DNA of 36,789 bases, taken from NCBI GenBank assembly GCA_031421535.1, contig JANOOV010000417.1, positions 1 through 36,789 of the forward strand, in the 5' to 3' direction. Of the stretch, positions 1 to 8,253 are shown in pieces; position 1 is the first letter of the stretch, and every line of letters starts with the position of its first letter. The notes under the pieces are model-generated. The model was not told the origin of the DNA and did no database searches. It saw only the letters and a program-made list of their open reading frames with translations. Made by a program: the position numbers and the translations under genes. The DNA is from Gammaproteobacteria bacterium (GTDB taxonomy: Bacteria; Pseudomonadota; Gammaproteobacteria; SG8-11).

Positions 1-508
1 TGAGTTTGAAGCCCGGCGCAAACGGTCCAAACCCGGCACCGTAGTGCGGTTCGCTGGATAGGCCGATGGCAGCCAGCGTGCGGCCGTGAAAATTATTCTG
101 GCAGGCGATGATCTCCGCGTATTCCTGCGGCACGCGCTTGATCTGATACGCCCACTTGCGTGCCGCTTTCAAGGCGGTTTCCACCGCCTCAGCGCCGCTG
201 TTCATCGGCAGCGCCTGATCGTAGCCGGTCAGCGCGCAAACCTTGGCAAGAAAGGGCCCCAACTGGTCATTGTAAAAAGCCCGCGAACACACGGCGAGTT
301 GTTTGGCTTGGCGCGCCAGCGCTTTAACCAGACGCGGGTGGCAATGGCCGTGGCTCACGGCCGAGTAGGCGCTCATCATGTCCAGATAGCGCTTGCCCTG
401 ATCGTCCCACAGATAGGCGCCTTTGCCGCGCACCAGCACCACTTGCAACGGTTGATAATTGTGCGCGCCGTAAATGTTTTCCAGATCGACGACGTTGCTT
501 TTTGTCAT
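1..508 (-). CDS. rocD: ornithine aminotransferase (ornithine--oxo-acid transaminase), N-terminal part; gene runs off the left edge
   Basis: Absent from the ORF track because the window truncates it. Reverse-strand translation from ATG at 508 gives MTKSNVVDLENIYGAHNYQPLQVVLVRGKGAYLWDDQGKRYLDMMSAYSAVSHGHCHPRLV..., an OAT-type class-III aminotransferase N-terminus. Its ATG overlaps the arginase stop (ATGA). Confidence 0.8.
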   Translation of the reverse strand, partial: MTKSNVVDLENIYGAHNYQPLQVVLVRGKGAYLWDDQGKRYLDMMSAYSAVSHGHCHPRLVKALARQAKQLAVCSRAFYNDQLGPFLAKVCALTGYDQALPMNSGAEAVETALKAARKWAYQIKRVPQEYAEIIACQNNFHGRTLAAIGLSSEPHYGAGFGPFAPGFKL

Positions 509-1404
509 AACATGGCGCTCAGTAGGGCCAAGGTCAGTTGCGTGGTTTTATCGGCGCGGTCGCGAAACGGATTGAGCTCGGCGATTTCCACACCCAGTAA
601 CGCCGGGTCGTTTCGTGCCAGGGCGAGACTATTCAGCAAAGCCTGGGCGGGAATGCCGCCCGGTTCCGGACTGCCGACGCCGGGCGCGTCCACCGGATCA
701 ATCGCGTCCAGGTCGATGCTGATGCCGTAGCCGCCGGGTGCACTGAGCGCAATGTTTAACGCGGCGCGCATGACGTGTTCCAATCCGTCGCGGCGAATCT
801 CGTGCATGCTGAAGACCCGCGCGCCAAGGCGAGACAATAACTGTTGTTCTTCAGGTTCAAAACTACGCACGCCGATTACGGCGACGTGAGCGGCGTGAAG
901 TTTGGTTGACGTGTCGCCCACGCCACTGAGGCGTGGGTCGCCCTGTCCCAGTAAACAGGCCAAGGGCATGCCGTGCAGTGCGCCGCTGCGACTGGTCTGC
1001 GGCGTGTGGCTGTCCATGTGCGCGTCGATCCAGATCAAACCGACCGGGCCGAGTTTCCGTTGCGCCAGCGCCGCGCCGCTCCAGGTGCCGATCGCGCAGG
1101 AATGATCTCCGCCGATCACCGCAAAGCGCCGGTGTTGACTTATTTCCGCAGCGACCGCGTGCGCCAGCCGCGTGCTCAATTCCGCCACTTGCGCGTAGGC
1201 ATCATCCGCAACGCCAAGCTCGGCACGCGGATGCAAGGTGTCACGCCATTGCGCTGCGATGCCCGAATCCGCCAGGCGTTTTTCCAGCGCGCGCTGCACT
1301 TGCTGGGGCCCGAAGTCGCAACGCGGATCGCGCGCGCCCAGGCACGAAGCCACGCCGATGATTGCAACCGGCGCGGAAGTGAGGCGATGAGCATGTTGGG
1401 TCAT
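505..1404 (-). CDS. rocF: arginase (ureohydrolase family)
   Basis: ORF 505..1536, trimmed to ATG 1404 (MTQHAHRL...), which is preceded by AGGA. Ureohydrolase Mn-binding motifs are present: VIGGDHS, DAHMD, SIDLDAIDP. It is translationally coupled to the downstream ornithine aminotransferase. Confidence 0.85.
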   Translation of the reverse strand: MTQHAHRLTSAPVAIIGVASCLGARDPRCDFGPQQVQRALEKRLADSGIAAQWRDTLHPRAELGVADDAYAQVAELSTRLAHAVAAEISQHRRFAVIGGDHSCAIGTWSGAALAQRKLGPVGLIWIDAHMDSHTPQTSRSGALHGMPLACLLGQGDPRLSGVGDTSTKLHAAHVAVIGVRSFEPEEQQLLSRLGARVFSMHEIRRDGLEHVMRAALNIALSAPGGYGISIDLDAIDPVDAPGVGSPEPGGIPAQALLNSLALARNDPALLGVEIAELNPFRDRADKTTQLTLALLSAML

Positions 1405-1637
1405 GGTAGTCCTGTGAATACGCGAGAAAACCCTGGCGGGTAGTTTATCGGCATGGTTCGGCATGAATTGATGCCGAGGAACGAATTCATGGGCGATCAC
1501 ACGGCGGTAAATAGTGTGACCAGAATCGCGGAACACGCATATGAATCACGAAATAGTGATTGCAGTAGTCAAGGCGCACCAGCATCTGCCGTAAGTTTGA
1601 ACATGCAGTGAATCTTACCCGTGCCTGGATCGATATC

Positions 1638-1790
1638 ATGAAAAAAAGACGTAAACCCGATTTCCTGTTTCTGCTCGCCATCATCGTAGGTGTCGGTGTA
1701 ATTCTTACCATGCGCGCGCAGGCGGGTGCCGACGCGCAACGCGCCAAGGGTGCGGCGAACAGCAGTGTTTCGATCGCGCAAACGCGCTGA
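1638..1790 (+). CDS. possible small membrane protein (50 aa): basic N-terminus plus one hydrophobic helix
   Basis: MKKRRKPDFLFLLAIIVGVGVILTMRAQAG... lies within ORF 1608..1790. It sits in an otherwise empty 455-bp intergenic region and is followed by a hairpin terminator. The RBS is weak and I recognise no homology. Confidence 0.25.
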   Translation: MKKRRKPDFLFLLAIIVGVGVILTMRAQAGADAQRAKGAANSSVSIAQTR

Positions 1791-1824
1791 ACAGCACGCA
1801 TTAGCCGCATTCGTGGTGCGAAGT

Positions 1825-1862
1825 AAAAACGTTGTGCCGAAAATTCCGGTGCAGCGTTTTTT
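1825..1862. terminator. bidirectional intrinsic terminator (A-run, imperfect GC hairpin, T-run)
   Basis: aaaaacgttgtgccg-aaaatt-ccggtgcagcgtttttt. It abuts the TAA stop (1861-1863) of the minus-strand amidotransferase and lies downstream of the plus-strand small ORF. Confidence 0.6.
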
Positions 1863-2565
1863 ATTTGCGTACCGCCGCAAGCCAGCGCGCGTAGACCTGA
1901 TCGGCGACGCGCTGCAAATGTGCAACGCGCGCCGTCAGGTCGCGGGTGATTTCCCCGGCGCTTTGCACGGCACCGGACGGGTGGGTGAATTCTTCCGGTG
2001 CGCTGGCGACCCACTGTCGCACCATCGCCTCGGTCATTTCGATATGGCACTGCATGGCGAGGGTGTTGCCGATGGCAAACGCTTGTTGTTCGCAGTTTCC
2101 ATTGCGCAGCAAAGACGTGGCCCCTTTCGGTAGCGAGAAAGTTTCGCCGTGCCAGTGGAACACCGGAAAACGCGCGGGCAAATCGGCAAACCACGCAGTT
2201 GAAGCGGGCGACGTGACATGCTCAACGTCGAACCAGCCGATCTCGGTGACGCGATTGCGGGTCACAATTCCACCCAGCGCTTTGCTGACGAGCTGGCCGC
2301 CGAGACAATGTCCGAGCACCGGGATTGACGCGGCAACCGCGCTGCGGATCAGGTTTAATTCCTGCTCAATCCACGGCAGCGGATCGTTCACGCTCATCGG
2401 CCCGCCCATGAACACTAGGCCGCTGAAGTCGTTGGGGTATTCAGGCAGCGCATCGCCACGGCCGATAGCAACAATACGGTAAGGGAGCGTATGGCGTTCC
2501 AGCACCTGCGCGAAATATCCCGGCCCCTCGTGGTCTACATGGGTGACGATTAAAATGGGTTGCAT
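1861..2565 (-). CDS. class-I glutamine amidotransferase (GATase1 / GMP-synthase-like domain protein)
   Basis: ORF 1861..2601, trimmed to ATG 2565 (MQPILIVTHVDHEGPG...), which has a GGAG RBS. It carries the nucleophile-elbow motif GHCLGGQ and a downstream HWHGETF. Confidence 0.85.
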   Translation of the reverse strand: MQPILIVTHVDHEGPGYFAQVLERHTLPYRIVAIGRGDALPEYPNDFSGLVFMGGPMSVNDPLPWIEQELNLIRSAVAASIPVLGHCLGGQLVSKALGGIVTRNRVTEIGWFDVEHVTSPASTAWFADLPARFPVFHWHGETFSLPKGATSLLRNGNCEQQAFAIGNTLAMQCHIEMTEAMVRQWVASAPEEFTHPSGAVQSAGEITRDLTARVAHLQRVADQVYARWLAAVRK

Positions 2566-2614
2566 AGTGTGCTCCTTGGTCTGCCCGCAAATTTCTAGCA
2601 CGATTCAACGGTGT

Positions 2615-3253
2615 GTGAAAGTGTGGGTTGCGGCGTGGTTGTGTCTCGCCAATGTCGGTACGCACGCCGCGCAAATCGACGTGGTGGGATTATTTAAAGA
2701 CAAGGCGGTGATTGTCATCGATGGTACGCGCCGTGTCTTGACAATCGCCGAAGTCAGTCCCGAGGGCATCAAGCTGCTGGCGGTGGAGCCGGATTACGTG
2801 GTGCTGGAAATCGCCGGCAAACGTGCGATTCACAAGCTGGGGCAGTCCGCGTCGGTGTCCACCACCTTCAGCTCGGCGCGCGTGACCGAGGAACGTATCG
2901 CGCCTGACCGGATGGGCATGTACCACAGCCACGGCAGTATCAACGGCACGGCGGTAAAATTTTTAGTCGACACCGGCGCAACCACCATTGCGATCAATGG
3001 TTCGCAGGCACGGCGCTTGGGCATCGATTTCAAAAAGCACGGCAAGCTGATCCACATCAACACCGCTTCCGGCAACACCGTGGGTTATCTTATTACCCTG
3101 GATCGCGTCAAAGTCGGCGGCATCGAATTACATAATGTCGCAGCCGCCGTGCTCGACGGCAGCGAACCCCACGAAGCGCTGCTTGGCATGTCATTTCTGG
3201 GGCGCCTGGAAATGCGCAATGAAGGTAGTCTGCTGCGTTTGCGGAAGAAATAG
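2615..3253 (+). CDS. retropepsin-like (clan AA) aspartic protease, TIGR02281-type, membrane anchored
   Basis: Contains GHYxxxGSINGTAVKFLVDTGATTIAI with the DTGA active-site motif, after a hydrophobic N-terminus. The start is uncertain: I chose GTG 2615 (GTG 2621 is also possible) because ATG 2543 would overlap the divergent gene. Confidence 0.75.
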   Translation: MKVWVAAWLCLANVGTHAAQIDVVGLFKDKAVIVIDGTRRVLTIAEVSPEGIKLLAVEPDYVVLEIAGKRAIHKLGQSASVSTTFSSARVTEERIAPDRMGMYHSHGSINGTAVKFLVDTGATTIAINGSQARRLGIDFKKHGKLIHINTASGNTVGYLITLDRVKVGGIELHNVAAAVLDGSEPHEALLGMSFLGRLEMRNEGSLLRLRKK

Positions 3254-3320
3254 CAACGGCCAAAAAATGGCGCCTCTGAAATAACCTTGGCTGGCTGTTT
3301 CTCTTTTCCAGGAAATTACG

Positions 3321-3326
3321 TAGAAT
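3321..3326 (+). promoter_or_regulatory. candidate -10 box (TAGAAT) for the rpsP operon
   Basis: TAGAAT lies 80 nt upstream of the rpsP ATG. I found no convincing -35. Confidence 0.3.
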
Positions 3327-3340
3327 ACGCGACCTTTGCA

Positions 3341-3373
3341 GCCGGGCTCAGTGGTTGAGCGCGGCGTTTTATT
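3341..3373 (+). promoter_or_regulatory. leader hairpin plus U-run (attenuator-like) upstream of rpsP
   Basis: gccgggctca-gtggt-tgagcgcggc (one mismatch) is followed by gttttattt. It lies between the candidate -10 and the rpsP start. Confidence 0.4.
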
Positions 3374-3405
3374 TACTTCAAGCTTTGTAATTGGGGATTA
3401 TCGCG

Positions 3406-3672
3406 ATGGTGACTATTCGCTTGGCGCGCGGTGGTGGTAAGAGCCGCCCGTTTTATAACGTGGTCGTAACCGACAGCCGCAGCAAGCGTGACGGCCGTTT
3501 CATTGAGCACATCGGATTTTTTAACCCGATGGCGCGCGAACATGAAACCCGCACACGTATTGATTTTGAACGCATGACGTACTGGGTGTCGAAAGGCGCG
3601 CAGCCTTCGGAGCGTGTCGCCTATTTGGCGAAAGAGCTGAAAAAACTGACTGCGGCCGCAGTTGCGGCTTGA
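3406..3672 (+). CDS. rpsP: 30S ribosomal protein S16
   Basis: [41 protein letters not shown], with a GGGGA RBS. The gene order rpsP-rimM-trmD-rplS is conserved. Confidence 0.97.
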   Translation: MVTIRLARGGGKSRPFYNVVVTDSRSKRDGRFIEHIGFFNPMAREHETRTRIDFERMTYWVSKGAQPSERVAYLAKELKKLTAAAVAA

Positions 3673-3680
3673 TTGAGTAG

Positions 3681-4229
3681 GTGAGGGTGTCGCGCTCCGT
3701 AGCAGAGCCCGGCGCGATCATTCCTGCCGACGACGATTTTGTTGTGGTCGGCAAAATCACCGGGGTGTTCGGTGTGCGCGGTGGCCTGAAGGTGTATTCG
3801 TATACCGAGCCGCACGCCAACATCCTGAATTATTCGCCTTGGTATTTTGCGACGGCCGGAACCTGGGTGCAGCGCGAAGTGCGCAATGGGCATGCAAAAG
3901 GCAAAGGTGTGGTCGCGTTTTTGATCGATTGCACGGATCGAGATGCGGCGACGGCACTGGTGCACACCGAAGTTGCGGTGCGCCGCTCACAACTGCCCCC
4001 GGCGGAAGCAGGGGAGTATTACTGGTCCGATTTAATCGGCTTGCGCGTGGTTACCGTCAACGGTGTTGCGCTGGGGCAGGTGACGCAGTTATTTGAAACC
4101 GGCGCGAACGATGTGCTGGTGGTGCAGGGTGAACGGGAACGCATGATTCCGTATCTGCCCGCGCAGGTGGTGCGCGAAGTGAGCGTGGCGCGCGGTGAAA
4201 TTGTGGTGGATTGGGATCCGGATTTTTGA
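3681..4229 (+). CDS. rimM: 16S rRNA processing protein RimM
   Basis: Contains VVVGKITGVFGVRGGLKVYSYTEP and has the conserved position in the trmD operon. GTG start. Confidence 0.93.
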   Translation: MRVSRSVAEPGAIIPADDDFVVVGKITGVFGVRGGLKVYSYTEPHANILNYSPWYFATAGTWVQREVRNGHAKGKGVVAFLIDCTDRDAATALVHTEVAVRRSQLPPAEAGEYYWSDLIGLRVVTVNGVALGQVTQLFETGANDVLVVQGERERMIPYLPAQVVREVSVARGEIVVDWDPDF

Positions 4230-4257
4230 ACCCGATTCAGCGTGAGGCAAGCGGCCG

Positions 4258-5007
4258 ATGCGCTTTGATGTAGTGAGTTTATTTCCGGAAATGTTTTCCG
4301 TGGTGCGCGACTTCGGCGTGACCGGACGCGCAGTCGAGCGCGGCATTGTTGAGCTGGCAGTGTGGAATCCGCGTGACTACGCGCGCGACCGGCACCGCAG
4401 CGTGGACGACCGGCCCTACGGCGGGGGTCCGGGCATGGTGATGATGATTGAGCCACTGCGTGACGCCATCCGCGCCGCGCGCGCCGCGAGTCCAGATGAT
4501 GTGAAAGTCATCGCTCTTTCGCCGCAGGGACGGCCGTTGGATCAAGCCGCACTGCGTAGCATGGCAACGCGGCAACGCATGATTCTGGTCGCGGGACGTT
4601 ACGAAGGCATCGACGAACGCCTGCTCGAAATGGAAGTCGATGAAGAGTGTTCCATCGGCGACTACGTACTGAGCGGCGGTGAGCTGGCCGCGATGGTGTT
4701 GATCGACGGTGTGACGCGCTTATTGCCCGGCGTGTTGGGGCATGAAGATTCGGCGCAGCAAGATTCATTTGAACGTGGCCTGCTGGATTGCCCGCATTAC
4801 ACGCGACCCGAAGAGTTCGAAGGTCGGCGGGTGCCGGAAGTTTTATTAGGCGGCAATCACGCGTATATTGCGCGCTGGCGTTTACAGCAGGCGCTGGGGC
4901 GAACGTGGCAGCGGCGTCCCGAATTACTGGAAGGCGCGAAGTTAAGCGACGCGGAACGCGAGTTGCTTGCGGCATATATGCGCGAACAGCAAGACAAATT
5001 GAGTTAG
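4258..5007 (+). CDS. trmD: tRNA (guanine37-N1)-methyltransferase
   Basis: [13 protein letters not shown]..., GGGPGMVM and GRYEGIDER motifs. Confidence 0.97.
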   Translation: MRFDVVSLFPEMFSVVRDFGVTGRAVERGIVELAVWNPRDYARDRHRSVDDRPYGGGPGMVMMIEPLRDAIRAARAASPDDVKVIALSPQGRPLDQAALRSMATRQRMILVAGRYEGIDERLLEMEVDEECSIGDYVLSGGELAAMVLIDGVTRLLPGVLGHEDSAQQDSFERGLLDCPHYTRPEEFEGRRVPEVLLGGNHAYIARWRLQQALGRTWQRRPELLEGAKLSDAERELLAAYMREQQDKLS

Positions 5008-5039
5008 GCAGTATCGGTTTATTTTCAGCGGAGCATGCT

Positions 5040-5420
5040 ATGAGCAACATCATCGACGAGATTGAAAAAGAACAAATGACCCGTGTAGTCCCGGTGTTTG
5101 ACACCGGTGATACCGTCGTCGTGCAATCCAAAGTGAAAGAAGGCGAGCGTGAACGGTTGCAATCGTTCGAAGGCGTGGTGATTGCCAAACGTAATCGCGG
5201 CCTGAACTCTGCGTTCACGGTGCGTAAAATCTCTCACGGCGAAGGCGTCGAGCGCGTGTACCAGACCTACAGCCCAAGCATTCACTCGATTGAATTAAAG
5301 CGCCGTGGTGATACACGCCGCGCCAAGTTGTATTACCTGCGTGAGCGTTCAGGCAAGTCGGCGCGCATCAAGGAAAAGCTCGGCGCCGCACCTACCGCAG
5401 TGGCCGACGCAGCCGAGTAG
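5040..5420 (+). CDS. rplS: 50S ribosomal protein L19
   Basis: [13 protein letters not shown]...[46 protein letters not shown], with a GGAG RBS. The track ORF 4788..5420 was trimmed to ATG 5040. Confidence 0.97.
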   Translation: MSNIIDEIEKEQMTRVVPVFDTGDTVVVQSKVKEGERERLQSFEGVVIAKRNRGLNSAFTVRKISHGEGVERVYQTYSPSIHSIELKRRGDTRRAKLYYLRERSGKSARIKEKLGAAPTAVADAAE

Positions 5421-5446
5421 TCAACAGGCATTTTTAGGAGTTTCTG

Positions 5447-5480
5447 AAAAGCGCCGCGAGTCATCGCGGCGCTTTTTTTG
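5447..5480 (+). terminator. intrinsic terminator of the rpsP-rplS operon
   Basis: aaaagcgccgcga-gtca-tcgcggcgctttt is a perfect GC-rich stem followed by a T7 run. Confidence 0.9.
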
Positions 5481-5521
5481 TTGTGCGCTTGCCCGAATCG
5501 ACTTAGATTGTTCGCCATGAT

Positions 5522-5795
5522 CCTAGAAACGGCAGTTGAACGGCCTGTGCAGTGCGACCCGTTGAGTGCAGGGCAAGGCGCAACGAGCGAGGAATAGCGA
5601 GCTATTCCGATGATTCCCATCCGCGCTGGCTTTGCGCGGCTCTGGGACGAGTTGCAACGAAGCCATGCGCACAACGGGGCGTGCCGCACAGGCCGTAGCG
5701 GGCCTCACCTTCTGGGTGAAGCATGTAGGGGCTAAAAATATCAATACCTGTGCACACTTGCTTAGGCCTTGCAGCGGTCAACTGCCGTTTCTAGG
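5522..5795 (-). mobile_element. MITE-like element, copy A (274 bp, inverted relative to copies B and C, with a 37-bp internal insertion)
   Basis: The ends are CCTAGAAACGGCAGTTGA...TCAACTGCCGTTTCTAGG. The direct repeat ATGAT flanks it at 5517-5521 and 5796-5800. The interior aligns with copies B and C. Confidence 0.85.
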
Positions 5796-6314
5796 ATGAT
5801 ACTTGATATGCGAACCAAGCCGGTATTGCGCTCCTACGAGGCCGTGGTGCCGTTGCCGGTCGGATCGTGGCAGGTGGGGATACGCACCGATGGCCGTGCG
5901 GTGATCGATGTTGACTTTATCGACGCGCAGGGCTTCGAGCGCATCACACCCAGTGCTGTGGCCACCGAAGCCGCGCAGCAATTGCAACGTTATCTCGACA
6001 ATCCGCAGTGGCGCTTTACACTCCCGCTAAAATTAAACGGCACGCCGTTCCAACAGCGAGTGTGGACCGCATTGCAAACCCTGTCTGCTGGGGAGACGCG
6101 CAGCTACGGCGAATTGGCGCGGCGTCTTAACAGCGCCGCGCGGGCGGTGGGCGGTGCGTGCCGCGCGAATCCCATTGTGATCGTGATCCCCTGCCACCGT
6201 GTGGTTGCGGCTCACGGCCTGGGTGGATTTTCGGGAGCGACCGCTGGCAGTGAACTGTTACTCAAACAGTGGTTACTGGAACATGAGTCGTATAATCCTA
6301 GAAACCTCAGTTGA
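5796..6314 (+). CDS. ogt: methylated-DNA--protein-cysteine methyltransferase (Ogt/MGMT)
   Basis: Active-site motif IPCHRVV is present. The start is uncertain: ATG 5796 lies in the MITE target duplication, and ATG 5808 is the alternative. The TTG at 5769 is inside the MITE. The last five codons and the stop are MITE-B sequence. Confidence 0.85.
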   Translation: MILDMRTKPVLRSYEAVVPLPVGSWQVGIRTDGRAVIDVDFIDAQGFERITPSAVATEAAQQLQRYLDNPQWRFTLPLKLNGTPFQQRVWTALQTLSAGETRSYGELARRLNSAARAVGGACRANPIVIVIPCHRVVAAHGLGGFSGATAGSELLLKQWLLEHESYNPRNLS

Positions 6315-6532
6315 CCGCTTCAAGGCGTAAGAAAGTTCATGATGAAATTGAAGTTTCTTATTCAACCGAGCTTCACCATTTGGGTGAGCGCCGCTACGAC
6401 ATGCGCAGCGCGCCCCCTTGGGCGCATGGCAGTGTTGCAACTCGTCGGAATAGCTCGCTATTCCTCCTCCTTGCGCCTTGCCCTGCACCCAAGGGGTCAC
6501 ACTGCGCATGCCGTCCAACTGAGGTTTCTAGG
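6297..6532 (+). mobile_element. MITE-like element, copy B (236 bp)
   Basis: The ends are CCTAGAAACCTCAGTTG...CAACTGAGGTTTCTAGG. The direct repeat ATAAT flanks it at 6292-6296 and 6533-6537. Confidence 0.85.
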
Positions 6533-6535
6533 ATA

Positions 6536-7465
6536 ATGTCTAAACCAGCCGCTGAAGTCATGCCGCTGCGCGAAGTCGATGTACAGGCGGTTGAGGCGTT
6601 TCTCGATCAGTTGTGGGTGGAGCGTGGGTTGAGTGAAAACACCATCAGCGCCTACCGCCACGATTTATCCGGACTCGCCAAGTGGCTGCAACTGCACACC
6701 GCGCCTTGCCTTACCGATGCACGGCGTGAACACCTGCTCACTTTTCTGGGCGAACGCGCCCAAGGCGGGGCGCGCCCACGTTCCACCGCGCGCTTGTTGT
6801 CAAGCCTCCGGCGATTTTATCAACACCTGGTCCGCGAGGGGCGATTGCAAGTCGATCCCAGTTTGCGCATCGACGCCCCCAAACTGGGGCGCAGCTTACC
6901 CAAGGCGTTGACCGAGCCCGAAGTCGAAGCACTATTGGAGGCGCCTGACACCCAACAGGTGCTGGGTATGCGTGATCGCACCATGCTGGAACTGCTTTAC
7001 GCCGGTGGCCTGCGCGTGACCGAACTCGTATCGCTGAAGTTGTCGCAGATCAATCTGCAGCAGGGCGTGGTGCGTTTGATCGGCAAGGGCGGCAAGGAGC
7101 GGTTGGTGCCGCTGCATGAAGAATCCTTGCGCTGGCTGCGTGACTATATGGACGACAGCCGCGTGCAACTCAACAAGGGGCGCGGCAGCGAATATCTGTT
7201 CACCACCCGACGGGGTGAGTGCATGACCCGGCAGGCTTTTTGGTATCTCATCAAGCGCTATGCGGCCATCGCCGAAATCAGCAAGGCGTTATCGCCGCAT
7301 ACCCTGCGCCATTCGTTTGCGACGCATCTGCTCAACAACGGCGCCGACCTGCGTGTGGTGCAGATGCTGCTGGGCCACAGTGATTTGTCCACGACACAGA
7401 TTTACACCCACATTGCCCAAGAGCGGCTGAAAGAGTTTCACGAGATACATCATCCGCGTGGCTGA
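6536..7465 (+). CDS. xerD: site-specific tyrosine recombinase XerD
   Basis: MSKPAAEV...AFLDQLWVERGLSENTISAYRHDL and HTLRHSFATHLLNNGADLRVVQMLLGHSDLSTTQIYTH. The track ORF 6311..7465 is extended upstream only by read-through of MITE B. ATG 6560 is an alternative start. Confidence 0.9.
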   Translation: MSKPAAEVMPLREVDVQAVEAFLDQLWVERGLSENTISAYRHDLSGLAKWLQLHTAPCLTDARREHLLTFLGERAQGGARPRSTARLLSSLRRFYQHLVREGRLQVDPSLRIDAPKLGRSLPKALTEPEVEALLEAPDTQQVLGMRDRTMLELLYAGGLRVTELVSLKLSQINLQQGVVRLIGKGGKERLVPLHEESLRWLRDYMDDSRVQLNKGRGSEYLFTTRRGECMTRQAFWYLIKRYAAIAEISKALSPHTLRHSFATHLLNNGADLRVVQMLLGHSDLSTTQIYTHIAQERLKEFHEIHHPRG

Positions 7466-7482
7466 TGTATAGAAGTGCCCCT

Positions 7483-8253
7483 TTATTCAAACTCCACGCG
7501 GGCCGACTGCCCGCCGCGCAGCAGTAGGTCGCCGGTTTTGAATGCGATGCCGATTTCGTAGCGCGCGTCGCCGCTTTTATGCTCCACCGGCGTAAGCGCC
7601 GTCGTCACCACCCATCCCGCGAATGGCCGATCAGCGACGATCACGTGGGCGCGTTGTCCGATCTCCAATAGCGCCGCTATTTTTGCCGGCACGCGCAGCC
7701 GTGCAACGTATTCGCCCGCCTCCGCAATCACCAGCAGCGGCCGGATTTCCGTCGCGCTATTAACGCTTTCACCGGTACGCGCGCGCACCTCAAGCACCCA
7801 GCTGTCGAACGGCGCGGTGATCTTGCTGTGTTCAAGCTCGTAGTTGGCGCGGGTGAAATGTGCCTGGGCTTGACGACAGATGGCAGCGGCGCGATCAGCG
7901 TTCAGCTTGGCATTTTCCAGCTCAACGTTGGACAGCACCGAACGTTCGTACAATTGCTGCGCCTGCGCATAGTCGCGCGCGGCCACGGCCTGATCGGCGT
8001 TGCAGTGCGCGAGTCCGGCTTCCGCCTGTGCCACGGCGGCAAGGAACAGCGTGTCATCGAGCGTAAGTAAAACCTGCCCGGCAGCCACCTTCTGTCCGGT
8101 CATGACATTTGCCGTCTTCACCACGCCGGACACCGGCAGACCGAGTTCCACACGCCGTCCGAACATCACGGTGGCCTCGTAGCCCGCGCCTAACGCGGCC
8201 TCTCCGGAGATAGTGACAAGAAGGGCAAGAATTATCCGCAGTGCTGGTTTCAT
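7483..8253 (-). CDS. short HlyD-family periplasmic adaptor (membrane fusion protein-like, 256 aa, signal peptide)
   Basis: It has a signal-like N-terminus (MKPALRIILALLVTISGEAALGA), a lipoyl-type motif (GQKVAAGQVLLTLDD), a short coiled-coil segment and a beta-barrel tail. Its ATG overlaps the TolC stop (ATGA). Confidence 0.7.
   Translation of the reverse strand: MKPALRIILALLVTISGEAALGAGYEATVMFGRRVELGLPVSGVVKTANVMTGQKVAAGQVLLTLDDTLFLAAVAQAEAGLAHCNADQAVAARDYAQAQQLYERSVLSNVELENAKLNADRAAAICRQAQAHFTRANYELEHSKITAPFDSWVLEVRARTGESVNSATEIRPLLVIAEAGEYVARLRVPAKIAALLEIGQRAHVIVADRPFAGWVVTTALTPVEHKSGDARYEIGIAFKTGDLLLRGGQSARVEFE

Noticed and set aside
86-730. 214-aa plus-strand ORF
   Set aside because: It lies antisense to two well-supported minus-strand genes (the rocD N-terminus and the arginase C-terminus). 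Its composition is Arg/Ala/Gly-rich, typical of a shadow ORF in GC-rich DNA.
5523-5744. ORFs inside the repeats (5523..5744, 6339..6536, 22012..22233, 22049..22324, and the N-terminal 75 codons of 6311..7465) that share peptides such as ATRRNSSLFL and RPATACAARPVVRMA
   Set aside because: The shared peptides are translations of the same MITE DNA in different frames and orientations. Copies differ by frame-breaking indels, and there is no RBS or consistent start. They are not a repeated protein family.
6536-7465. Tyrosine recombinase as a marker of an integrated element or prophage
   Set aside because: The sequence and length fit chromosomal XerD (RHSFATHLL...LGHSDLSTTQIYTH). It sits in a housekeeping context with no att-like repeats or phage genes nearby.
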